The position numbers were made by a program, and so were the translations under genes. 64,000 nt of DNA from Thermoplasmatota archaeon (GTDB lineage: Archaea > Thermoplasmatota > Poseidoniia > Poseidoniales > Thalassarchaeaceae): positions 907 through 64,906 of the forward strand of contig JAYZFV010000056.1 in assembly GCA_036336595.1 (NCBI GenBank), written 5' to 3'. The notes under the pieces were generated by a model. It saw nothing but the letters and a program-made list of their open reading frames with translations. It had not been told where the DNA came from and made no database searches. Every line of letters begins with the position of its first letter. The first letter of the stretch is position 1. Below, in pieces: positions 47,339 through 56,170 of the stretch.

Positions 47339-48475
47339 TCACTCTTTGATTAACCAGGCTCTAAGGCGCCGCAATCCCTCGTGTATCGACTCTTCGTCGG
47401 TAGCGTAAGAGATTCGGACGAAACCCTCTCCCCCTGTGATTAGTGATGCTGGAATCAACTGAACTCCGGCCTCGAGGGCTCCATCAGCGAACTCGACGGC
47501 ACTCATCCCCGTTTCAGTGACATCGGCGAAGACGTAGAATGCGCCCTCAGGCTCGGGGACCCTCAACCCCGGGAGTGAAGAAAGCCCTTCACGCATTATC
47601 TCGCGACGCTTCAGGTAATCTCGATTGAATGCCTCCACAGCGTCCTCACACTCTAGTGCCACCCTAGCAGCCCCCATCATGAAGGTCGGGACATGTGAGG
47701 CAGAGTTCGCTTGGCTCTTGATAGCAGCCTTGACAACCTCGGGCGGACCAGTGAGGAAGCCAAGCCTCATTCCAGTCATTGCCCATGACTTGGACCAGCC
47801 ATTGATGACGATGGTGCGTTCCTTGCCCCCGGGAAGGGTTGCCGGAGAGACATGAGGCCAGTCTACCCATATCATACGAGCATAAATTTCGTCCGAGACA
47901 ATCCACAAGTCGTGTTCGATGGCTATGTCGAGAATCGATTGGATTTCATTTGGGGTGAACACCGCTCCGGTAGGGTTGCAGGGAGAGTTAATCAGAATCA
48001 TCCTAGTCCTGTCTGTAACAGCGGCACGAATGGCATCGATGTCTGGATGGAAGTCATCGTTGTTTACGGGTACATGAACAGGAATAGCACCAATGAATTC
48101 GAGCATGGGTTCGTAAGACGCCCATGATGGGGCAAGGAGGATGGCCTCGTCACCCGGAATGGTTGTAATCAGGAAGGAGTAGAGGAGTGCCTGCTTCGCA
48201 CCGGGTGTCACGACGATATCCTCGGCAGACGCCTCGATGTCGTGGTGCCTTCGGAGGTAATCTGCCACCGATTGGCAGAGTTCCATCGTTCCCGGCCCGC
48301 GCGTGTACTTCGTGCGACCCTCCTGCAGTCCCCTGACCGCGGCTTCGATAATCTCGGGCGGCGTGTTGAAGCCCGGCTCGCCGACAGTCCATCTCACAAC
48401 ATCAGAACCAGGAGGTTGGAGATATGGCGCAAACCCGACTCCCAGACCATCGTAGCGAGAGGATACGCGGGGCAT
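47339..48475 (-). CDS. Class I PLP aminotransferase (aspartate aminotransferase-like)
   Basis: VGEPGF, TPGAKQAL, NSPCNPTG, SDEIY, NGWSKSWAMTGMRLG. Confidence 0.92.
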   Translation of the reverse strand: MPRVSSRYDGLGVGFAPYLQPPGSDVVRWTVGEPGFNTPPEIIEAAVRGLQEGRTKYTRGPGTMELCQSVADYLRRHHDIEASAEDIVVTPGAKQALLYSFLITTIPGDEAILLAPSWASYEPMLEFIGAIPVHVPVNNDDFHPDIDAIRAAVTDRTRMILINSPCNPTGAVFTPNEIQSILDIAIEHDLWIVSDEIYARMIWVDWPHVSPATLPGGKERTIVINGWSKSWAMTGMRLGFLTGPPEVVKAAIKSQANSASHVPTFMMGAARVALECEDAVEAFNRDYLKRREIMREGLSSLPGLRVPEPEGAFYVFADVTETGMSAVEFADGALEAGVQLIPASLITGGEGFVRISYATDEESIHEGLRRLRAWLIKE

Positions 48476-48562
48476 GCTGCACACAGACCACAGATCCCCA
48501 ATGAAGGTATGCAGGGGGGGTCGGAGAGTCTTCAAGAGAGTGTGGCGGGTCGGTTGGATGCC

Positions 48563-48636
48563 GCACGGGTGGCAGAGCAGCTATGCAATGGACTGCAGAT
48601 CCATGGACCCGGGTGCAAATCCCGGCCCGTGCTCCA
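48563..48636 (+). tRNA. tRNA-Cys(GCA), CCA encoded
   Basis: GCACGGGTGGCAGAGCAGCTATGCAATGGACTGCAGATCCATGGACCCGGGTGCAAATCCCGGCCCGTGCTCCA. Anticodon stem ATGGA/TCCAT, loop CTGCAGA, U73. Confidence 0.93.
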
Positions 48637-48658
48637 ACCGACTCCTCCTGCGGGAACG

Positions 48659-49609
48659 CTAGAAGGGTAGCCCCCCCGGGTCAACGTTTCCTCCGGATAG
48701 TATGATTCCGATTTTGTCGATACCTTCGCGCTCCTTGAACTCTGCCTTTAGCACGGCAGCGAGACACGTAGCACCGCTGGGCTCTACCACCATCCCCAAG
48801 TGACCGTACAGTAGCTTCATGGCTTGGAGAACCTCGTCGTCGCTTACGGTAATGATTCCCTCGAGATGATCTCTCAGGATTGGCCAAGTCAACTCGCCCA
48901 AGCTAGTCAGAAGACCGTCGCAAATGGTGTCAGGGTTCGTCTGTGGAATGAGCTCGCCTGCAGCTAGCGAGCGCGCTGCATCATCGGCACCAGAAGGTTC
49001 AGCACCGAATATCATCGCATTGGGAGCAAGCTTCCTAGTGGCAATGGAAGTGCCAGAGAGCAGACCACCACCACCTATCGGTGCCATAACGGCATCCAGC
49101 CCCCCAACCTCTTGGAGCAACTCGAAAGCTGCAGTTCCCTGCCCAGCAATTACGTGTGGATTGTCGAACGGATGAATAAACGCCGCCCCGGTCCGTTCCA
49201 ACACGGCTTCGGTCGTGGTGATTCTAGCTTCAAGAGTAGGTTCGCAGAAGGTGATTTCCGCATCGTGGCCGACCACTCCCTGCACCTTGATTTTTGGTGC
49301 GGTGTTAGGCATCACGATGTATGCCGGCACGCCTATTCGCTTTGCTGCTAAGGCGACGGCTTGTGCGTGGTTGCCACTGCTATGGGTGCAGATGCCCCTT
49401 TCAGCCTCCTTTCCTAGGAGCTCTACGGCATTGCTTGCTCCTCGGAACTTGAACGCACCCACATGCTGCTGGTTCTCGCATTTCATGAGCACCTCGCGAC
49501 CTGCGAGCCCATCGATTTCGGATGAACTAGCAACTGGGGTCCTAATGACGACTTCCTCCAGCCTCAGTGCTGCACTCTCAATATCCACGAACCCCACAGC
49601 GTGACTCAT
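48659..49609 (-). CDS. Serine racemase / threonine dehydratase-family PLP enzyme (no ACT domain)
   Basis: KCENQQHVGAFKFRGA, HSSGNH, IAGQGT, GGGGLLSG, VEPSGA, LSGGN. Confidence 0.88.
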   Translation of the reverse strand: MSHAVGFVDIESAALRLEEVVIRTPVASSSEIDGLAGREVLMKCENQQHVGAFKFRGASNAVELLGKEAERGICTHSSGNHAQAVALAAKRIGVPAYIVMPNTAPKIKVQGVVGHDAEITFCEPTLEARITTTEAVLERTGAAFIHPFDNPHVIAGQGTAAFELLQEVGGLDAVMAPIGGGGLLSGTSIATRKLAPNAMIFGAEPSGADDAARSLAAGELIPQTNPDTICDGLLTSLGELTWPILRDHLEGIITVSDDEVLQAMKLLYGHLGMVVEPSGATCLAAVLKAEFKEREGIDKIGIILSGGNVDPGGLPF

Positions 49610-49691
49610 AGCGCCCCTCCGGACCTCTCGGGAGGGTTGGAAGCCATCATGCCTGCGGCGTGTTGAAGCACCATCCCCCCTCCGTCAATTC

Positions 49692-50105
49692 GTGGGAGGG
49701 GAGAGCGAGCCCGAGTGGAGATATCATGCAGCGATTGCCGCGATACTGATTCTCGATGCCCTAGTCCTTGGCCTCTCGCCTAAGGGGCCATGGGACGACA
49801 CCGGTTTCTCTAGGGGGGCCATCGGACTGCTGGGAATGTCGCTTGCATACGTCGCATGGTATCGGGCGACCTTCAAGCGCAAGGGATTGATTCCTTGGCT
49901 AGACCTGTGGGAGGACCCTGCAAGGTCAGCAAAAATTGAGATGATCGTTGCTGCCCTTGTGCTTGCTCTTGCATGGGCCGCCGGCAGTCCGTTACAGCCC
50001 CACCTCCCCGACCCAACCGGCCTACTACTGACTCTGGCCGGGCTGCTAATTGCTCTCCAGTCGGCATACGTCATGCTCAGCATAGGTCCTCTCAAGGAGG
50101 ATTGA
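49692..50105 (+). CDS. Hypothetical membrane protein (4 TM)
   Basis: Hydrophobic ORF filling the gap. TTGAAG 29 bp upstream. Confidence 0.6.
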   Translation: MGGESEPEWRYHAAIAAILILDALVLGLSPKGPWDDTGFSRGAIGLLGMSLAYVAWYRATFKRKGLIPWLDLWEDPARSAKIEMIVAALVLALAWAAGSPLQPHLPDPTGLLLTLAGLLIALQSAYVMLSIGPLKED

Positions 50106-50107
50106 CC

Positions 50108-50653
50108 CTACCTCAAACCTGGCTTCCAGAACTGGAGTGGCAAAGGACTCTCCCTCTGCATCGCACGGAAGGCCAGGTGATCTGCTCTCTCGTTCCAGCG
50201 ATGACCCCTGTGCGCGGCAACGTGCTCCCCACGCAACTCCAGGTGCCGCGCCGTCTCATGCCATAGACTCTGAACCCTCTTGGCGAGTTCACGGTTCACC
50301 TTCGCCTTCCAGACCCCAGACGAGATATTGAGCGCGTAATTCGAATCACCGCGTATTGTTGCAGCGACCACTCCTTCCTGAGTAAGCAACCACCTTAATG
50401 CATGAGCAATGGCAGAGAGCTCGGCAGTGTTGTTCGATCCGACCTCAGCGCCGAGGTGACCCTCCGCTTCAGAATCGGTGACAACCTCCCCATGCATCTC
50501 GGCGAGCAGATCGCCCTTCCCATTGCCGGTGCCACTGTCTCCTTCTATGACGCAGAAGCCCCAACCCGCCTTTGTTGTCGCGGTGACGTTGCGATTCTCC
50601 GAACAGGATCCATCCACGTAGATGTGAAGCTTGTGAGACTCTTTCATGGTCAC
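50108..50653 (-). CDS. rnhA: Ribonuclease HI-family protein
   Basis: YVDGSC, NNTAELSA, GDS, HVAAHRGHRWNERADHLA (DEDD + His). Confidence 0.88.
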   Translation of the reverse strand: MTMKESHKLHIYVDGSCSENRNVTATTKAGWGFCVIEGDSGTGNGKGDLLAEMHGEVVTDSEAEGHLGAEVGSNNTAELSAIAHALRWLLTQEGVVAATIRGDSNYALNISSGVWKAKVNRELAKRVQSLWHETARHLELRGEHVAAHRGHRWNERADHLAFRAMQRESPLPLQFWKPGLR

Positions 50654-51033
50654 TCTCCGATCAATGCAGCGTATCCTGCTGCATCCAGGAGATTATCGAA
50701 TTCAGAGGCAAGGGACACAGCCATCCTGCAAATCCAGCCCTCTCCATATGGGTCTTCGTTAATCCTCTCGGGAGCGTCCTCTAGGCTATCGTTCACAGCA
50801 ACTACCTTCCCAGACACCGGAGCGTAGATTTCGCTAACTGACTTAACCGACTCCACGCTTGCGAACGGCTCCATTGCCGAGGCCTCGGCCCCAACTTCTG
50901 GGAGCTCTACCCACACCACTGCGGTTAGACCATCTTGAGCAAAGTCGGTGATTCCGATTACCACGTCACCTCCGTCCCTCCTGATCCACTCATGCTCCTT
51001 GGTGTATCTGAGATCCGTTGGTATCTCGCTCAT
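50650..51033 (-). CDS. gcvH: Glycine cleavage system H protein
   Basis: YTKEHEW, IGITDFAQ, VESVKSVSEIYAPVSG (lipoyl Lys), INEDPYGEGW. Confidence 0.96.
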   Translation of the reverse strand: MSEIPTDLRYTKEHEWIRRDGGDVVIGITDFAQDGLTAVVWVELPEVGAEASAMEPFASVESVKSVSEIYAPVSGKVVAVNDSLEDAPERINEDPYGEGWICRMAVSLASEFDNLLDAAGYAALIGE

Positions 51034-51085
51034 GCATCCACTCCGCCTTGTGGCGAGAGCTGAACGTGGGTCAAGGTTTCGCTCC

Positions 51086-51466
51086 CTACTCTTCTTCACT
51101 GTGCTTCGACTCGAGGTGCTTCATCTCCATCTTAGCCCAACTCGAACCTAAGTTCGCGACACTCGCATCCTCCATCTCCTCTTCGAGGCGCAGGCGCATG
51201 GCCCCCTCTTTTTCTCTGCTGAACCACTTGTCAGTCGGCAGTGAGTCATGTGGCCAATCCTTCGCGACATTCAGCAGCAGCGCAAATGCAGCAGTGACAA
51301 TAGCGAGTGCGGCCACGATTACTGCCAATGGACCCTCTGTAATCGATTCACCTTCGATTCCAGAGGGAAATAGCCGACTGTCTAGCATCGCCAGTGCGGT
51401 AATCAGGAATAGAGAGAGGGAGATGCCAATCAACAATCTCCTGAGCCGTTCGCCTGGGGATTCCAC
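51086..51466 (-). CDS. Hypothetical membrane protein (2 TM)
   Basis: Two hydrophobic helices and a charged tail, co-oriented with neighbours. Confidence 0.55.
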   Translation of the reverse strand: MESPGERLRRLLIGISLSLFLITALAMLDSRLFPSGIEGESITEGPLAVIVAALAIVTAAFALLLNVAKDWPHDSLPTDKWFSREKEGAMRLRLEEEMEDASVANLGSSWAKMEMKHLESKHSEEE

Positions 51467-51512
51467 GGTCCCCTGCAGGGTATCTCTCGCATCAAGTTGA
51501 CCGAGCAGGGCG

Positions 51513-52094
51513 TCATCCCAACTCTTGAATCAGTTTGTAGATTTTGTACGGAAGTAGGGATCTGTTCACGGGGGTAACTTCGAGAATTCGCGCATCGTCT
51601 CTCCTTCTGATGTCCTGCAGTAAGGGGTGACGACTCTTCTTGTGCAGCGTCAGCAAGGTCGGAAGGTCGTTGTTCAGTGCTACCCTAACAGCGTTCACGA
51701 AGCCCTCGCTCTCCACAGTGAACTTACCCACCTCGTCAATTACCATGATTTCGCAATTACCGATGCTGTCGAGAATAGCCGGAACGCCGACCCTGTCGAT
51801 TTCACTAGGGTCGATTCCGAAGCCGAGAACCCTGTTTCTGGAGTCGATCCCTCGGTGGGCCATCACGCCTTTCTCACCTGTTAGGATGTTGACGCAAGCG
51901 TACCCGACTCTCTCTCCGTTCTCTATGACGGCCTCGCACCTCATTCCTCCGATGATGTGCTCAGGGGGCACCGGACCACGCGATCGACGTACTCCGCCTC
52001 CTTCTTCGGATATCATATCGATGACTTTCTGCAGAACCGCCGACTTACCAGATCTAGGCAGACCTGTGATACCAATTTTCGGATTGATACCCAT
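51513..52094 (-). CDS. THEP1-family nucleoside triphosphatase
   Basis: IGITGLPRSGKS, VIDEVGK, TLH, VTPVNR. Confidence 0.88.
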   Translation of the reverse strand: MGINPKIGITGLPRSGKSAVLQKVIDMISEEGGGVRRSRGPVPPEHIIGGMRCEAVIENGERVGYACVNILTGEKGVMAHRGIDSRNRVLGFGIDPSEIDRVGVPAILDSIGNCEIMVIDEVGKFTVESEGFVNAVRVALNNDLPTLLTLHKKSRHPLLQDIRRRDDARILEVTPVNRSLLPYKIYKLIQELG

Positions 52095-52224
52095 TATGCT
52101 CTCCTCTGAATCCTCGCTCCCGCAACAGGAACGTCTAGCGTATGTGAAGCACCGATATTAATTCATTTGGATTAGAAGGGCGTACATTTCCGGAAGGAGG
52201 AAAAGGAAATCCGAAGTGAGTAAA

Positions 52225-54219
52225 TCAGATTTCATCATTATTCCCTAATAGAGAAATTGGCGCAGCGCTCTCAAGCGGCGGGAAGGGCAGCGTCTCAATT
52301 TCGTAGTTGTTGACGTTGTTGTTAGCCGCCCATGCCTTGGACCAGAGATCCAACTCCTCAGAGTTGAGATGCGATGCGAGCACGGCCAAACCTTCCTCAA
52401 GGTTCCCAAACTCAGCAACCAGCCTTTCGACGACTTGGCTTGGCAGGTCAAGGAAACTCACAGAGTTCCCGAGTACGCATCCGGATGGTATGACTGCCCA
52501 TAGAAGCCGTCTTTTCAATTGGGGGTTGATTATCGCCTGGCAGGCGATTCTCGGAGGCCCTCGCATGTTGGTGGGCCCATTCCACATCGCCTCCTTCCAC
52601 TGGACACCCTCTGGAACACTCGGGTCGAAAGCGGGATGCCGAAGCCTCACCAAGTCACCATCCAGTTCAATGTGCGTACCGCGGATGAAAGGAGACCCGC
52701 CTGAATCGACGTCCCAGTAAGATATGCAGTCTGACCAATTTCCACGATCAACCTCCCCCACCCTCACACGTATGGCCTTACCACTGGGGTTTAGCCAAGT
52801 ACCCTCTTCGACAAGGCGGGGTTTGTCTGCTAAGGTACCGATAGCTTTCAGCGTCTCGCTCCGTTCGTGTTCGGACCTGGGCATTTTTGGCACCGCCCAC
52901 GAGGTATCGGTCCAGATTGACCACGGACCACGCTCCAGCTCGAGGAAGGGGGACTTTTTATCGAGACCCTTGCGAGCGGAGATGTCTCTTGATCGAAGCG
53001 GACCAAAACTCGTGAGGACCTCCGTAGTGCCAGCGACGGTGATACCAAGCACGGAAACGCCTTGGGCCCCACCAAATGGGAGTTGACGGTCTTCGGGGAA
53101 TGACCAAACGCTATCCCACTCGTTCTGCGAGACTATCAGCTTCCTAAGTGGAGCGCTACTCTTCTCACGAAGGACAGACTCAGGGACGACCATCCTGACC
53201 CGGCCGCCCTCTTGGCTAAGTTGAAGGGAGCGCTCAATGTATAGTCTGTACAGGTTGACATTACCCTTGATTGCCGAGAACCGAGCGCTTCCGTCAGGAC
53301 CCTTGATTTGGCGTAGTTCTTTGGATAGTTGTTTGCGCAACTGACTACCTTCGGGGTGACCTCGAAACCTGTCTTTGATTCTAAGCCAGGGAGGTCTTGA
53401 AACTAACAGTCTGGGTTTTTCGTTCCACGGCCACTCTCCTCGCAGGGGGTCACAACATCGAACATTGCTCTCGATAATGAGATTAGCCTCTGACCTACCT
53501 ATGAGTGACTCGTCCCCCTCTCCTTCGAGATCCACAAGTCTCAGGCGTGCTAGAACAATCAGGAGCCTCTTCCGAGCGCTCTCCACTGCGATATCTGAAG
53601 TATCCACCAGTTGGAATCCTTCCAGGAGCCTGAGCGTGTCTTCTTTTCGCTGCTGGACATCCATGCCACCGCATCTGTCCGCATGCATCCTGAGGATACG
53701 ATCAGCGAATAGACCCGCCCCTACAGAGGGGTCAGCAAAGGGAAGGGGGATTCCGGATAGGGTGCGCGACTCATCCGATTCGTGACTGTCGTCACCTTCA
53801 GATGATTGCCCTCTGATGTTCTCATTGAACTGTTCAGCGAAGACTCTGAAACTCGGCGGCAGTGCAGTGAGTGAGAGTATAGCTGGCGGCTCCTTCTTTC
53901 GGTTTCTGCCATGGTGCAACTCGTCGCATAGTATGGCATCTACGAACTTCGCTGGTGTGGCATAGACACCACGAGGCGAACGCCCATCGCTCTCCGCCTC
54001 GTGCCTTGCCAGGAGATGGTCAAGGACGGAACCAGGATCGCTCAGCAACCCCGCTGGTAACGTGGGCCAACCCCTAGGAAGCGTTGCGGCAATTGGTTGG
54101 CCCTGCTTAGTGGCCAGTAGCCACGAATCTAGCCATATCTCGATTTGTTGAATCCTGCCAGAGCACTCGTGATCGAGCCTTGCATACCATCCGGAAGTCT
54201 CACTCGTCATGATACGCAT
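52225..54219 (-). CDS. Eco57I/TaqI-like (gamma-class) DNA amino-methyltransferase homolog with altered catalytic motif
   Basis: Motif X GVYATP, motif I DPSVGAGLF, motif IV RPPW, NLYRLYIERSL...VVPES, TaqI-C-like LNS...NNNVNNYEIETLPFP. Start uncertain (54210-54246). Confidence 0.75.
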   Translation of the reverse strand: MRIMTSETSGWYARLDHECSGRIQQIEIWLDSWLLATKQGQPIAATLPRGWPTLPAGLLSDPGSVLDHLLARHEAESDGRSPRGVYATPAKFVDAILCDELHHGRNRKKEPPAILSLTALPPSFRVFAEQFNENIRGQSSEGDDSHESDESRTLSGIPLPFADPSVGAGLFADRILRMHADRCGGMDVQQRKEDTLRLLEGFQLVDTSDIAVESARKRLLIVLARLRLVDLEGEGDESLIGRSEANLIIESNVRCCDPLRGEWPWNEKPRLLVSRPPWLRIKDRFRGHPEGSQLRKQLSKELRQIKGPDGSARFSAIKGNVNLYRLYIERSLQLSQEGGRVRMVVPESVLREKSSAPLRKLIVSQNEWDSVWSFPEDRQLPFGGAQGVSVLGITVAGTTEVLTSFGPLRSRDISARKGLDKKSPFLELERGPWSIWTDTSWAVPKMPRSEHERSETLKAIGTLADKPRLVEEGTWLNPSGKAIRVRVGEVDRGNWSDCISYWDVDSGGSPFIRGTHIELDGDLVRLRHPAFDPSVPEGVQWKEAMWNGPTNMRGPPRIACQAIINPQLKRRLLWAVIPSGCVLGNSVSFLDLPSQVVERLVAEFGNLEEGLAVLASHLNSEELDLWSKAWAANNNVNNYEIETLPFPPLESAAPISLLGNNDEI

Positions 54220-54273
54220 ACCGCCCAAAGCCGCATCTTCTTTCAAGGGTTGTATGGGAGTAGTGGCTGCGGG

Positions 54274-54882
54274 TCAGCCCCCAATCCCGAAGATATCTTG
54301 GCCCAACTCGATGACCATTCTCCGCTGCAGCAGCCAGGCCAAAGCCTCATCGATCTCGTCCACCCTGATACCCAACGGTTCCAGAGCATCACTGATCTCA
54401 TCAAAATGAATTTCGGCATCGGCCGCACCGGCTTCTTCAATTATACTCATGATGTGCTCTGAGACGATAGTGAGTAGCGGGTCATCTTCGGTCCCTAGTG
54501 CACCCAAATCAACGAGGGGGACGACCTCTTCAGGCTGCTGGCTCTCCCCACTCTTGACTTGAGTTGCCGGCTCGTAGACATCGAACAGGTTCCTTTGATG
54601 GGGGTCTGTCCATGAAGTCCCCTGCGCAATCTCTCGCTTCCTCTTCAGCTTCCTCACTAACGCCTCTATTCTGTGAAGTCGTTGTTCAAGTCTGAGACGC
54701 TCCCTACCGAGGTGGACCTCGACCAATTCAAGCTCTTCCGTCGCCCTCTCGTCCAGCCACTTGGACAGATCCCATTGAGGTTCGAGTCGCAGCATCGTCT
54801 CCCACAGTCGTGCAATGGAATCTGGAAGAGTCCTGACGTCAATTCTTGGCCCCTTCTTTCCGTCCTCAGGAACACGGTCCAT
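54274..54882 (-). CDS. Hypothetical protein: RHH-like N-terminus, coiled coil, PIP-like motif, C-terminal winged helix
   Basis: RIDVRTLPDSIARLWE...DLSKWLDE, RLRLEQRLHRIEALVRKL, QRNLFDVY, EIHFDEI...IDEALAWLLQRRMVIELGQDIF. Confidence 0.6.
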   Translation of the reverse strand: MDRVPEDGKKGPRIDVRTLPDSIARLWETMLRLEPQWDLSKWLDERATEELELVEVHLGRERLRLEQRLHRIEALVRKLKRKREIAQGTSWTDPHQRNLFDVYEPATQVKSGESQQPEEVVPLVDLGALGTEDDPLLTIVSEHIMSIIEEAGAADAEIHFDEISDALEPLGIRVDEIDEALAWLLQRRMVIELGQDIFGIGG

Positions 54883-54982
54883 GTGCTGGGCCGTGCCACT
54901 TGACCGTCTATGAATTATCCCACGGCCAATGCCTGATGATTCGTGGGTTGAATTGATGAATGAAAAGCAGGTGCCCCTACTG

Positions 54983-56170
54983 ATGACGTCCTACCGCTTG
55001 ACCATCCTGCCCGGTGACGGTACGGGCCGAGAGGTAATTTCCGAGGCCAAACGCGTCATAGACACATTCGAGCAGTTCGGCCCACTCTCGTTCGACATAA
55101 CCGAGATACCCTGCGGCGGCCAACACTATCTGGATACAGGGGAGGAGTGGCCCGACGGCTCGTTCGAGCACTGTCGAGACAATTCTGACGCCATTATAGT
55201 CGGTGCCGTGGGCTGGCCAGGCGCCAAACTGCCCAATGGCGATATAGCGGGGGGACAAGTCCTCCTCGGCTTGAGATCCGCCCTCGACCTATACGCCAAC
55301 GTGAGACCAGTCAAGTTGTTCCGCGGGGTCCATCACAAGGTGCACGGAATGCACAAAGACGTTTGGGACCCCGATCTGGTTGACATGGTTCTAGTCAGGG
55401 AGAACACCGAAGGACTCTATCACGCCCTGCTCCGCCGATCCGCCCGAGCCGCTCAGGGTGGCGAGAAGGACGACCCTATCGTCATCGATCATTTCCCCGG
55501 GCTGAATGGGCACGTCGCATGGGACGCTAGGCCTATTTCTCGTAAGGGCAGCGAGCGAGTCATCAGGTTCGCCTTCAATCTCGCAAATCGCCGCGAATCC
55601 CGCATGGGGATTCCCCAGAAGGTGACGTGCGTTGACAAGAGCAACGTCACACGGGGATGTCGCCTTTTCAGGGAAGTCTTCAGGGAGGTCGCGGGAGAGC
55701 ACGGAGGTATCGAATCCAACGAGGCCTACATCGACGCGTTCACGATGTGGCTGGTCCGAAATCCGGAGGAATTGGACGTCGTCGTGCTCCCTAACATGTT
55801 CGGTGACATCGCCACTGATCTTGCTTCAGTCTTGCAAGGTGGTATGGGTATGGCAGCCAGTGCCAATATCGGTGATCAACACATGCTGTTCGAGCCGGTA
55901 CACGGTTCTTCACCAAAGTATGCCGGCCAGAACAAGGTCAACCCCATTGCTGCAATCTCCTCCGTTCAGTTGATGTTCGACACCCTCGGAACGCGTCACG
56001 ATGATTCTGACGCGACAATTTGTTCTGACGTGTTAGAACGAGCAATCTCAGAACACCTCGCATCAGGTGGTCCCGTGACGTATGACCTCGGGGGAATAGC
56101 ATCGACTTCTGAAGTCGGTGAGGCCATAGCCTTACGTTGTGCAGAATTGCTCAAGAAAAAGAATGCCTAG
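54983..56170 (+). CDS. Isocitrate/isopropylmalate/tartrate dehydrogenase family
   Basis: LPGDGTG, LRSALDLYANVRP, VRENTEGLY, VDKSNV, NMFGDI, FEPVHGSSP. Confidence 0.92.
   Translation: MTSYRLTILPGDGTGREVISEAKRVIDTFEQFGPLSFDITEIPCGGQHYLDTGEEWPDGSFEHCRDNSDAIIVGAVGWPGAKLPNGDIAGGQVLLGLRSALDLYANVRPVKLFRGVHHKVHGMHKDVWDPDLVDMVLVRENTEGLYHALLRRSARAAQGGEKDDPIVIDHFPGLNGHVAWDARPISRKGSERVIRFAFNLANRRESRMGIPQKVTCVDKSNVTRGCRLFREVFREVAGEHGGIESNEAYIDAFTMWLVRNPEELDVVVLPNMFGDIATDLASVLQGGMGMAASANIGDQHMLFEPVHGSSPKYAGQNKVNPIAAISSVQLMFDTLGTRHDDSDATICSDVLERAISEHLASGGPVTYDLGGIASTSEVGEAIALRCAELLKKKNA

Noticed and set aside
48514..48520. G7 homopolymer as a phase-variation tract
   Set aside because: Short, intergenic, and expected at this GC content. 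No frameshifted gene is associated.
52225..54882. Classical restriction-modification or BREX/DISARM defence locus
   Set aside because: No nuclease, helicase, PglZ or specificity-subunit gene nearby. The adjacent NTPase is housekeeping THEP1.
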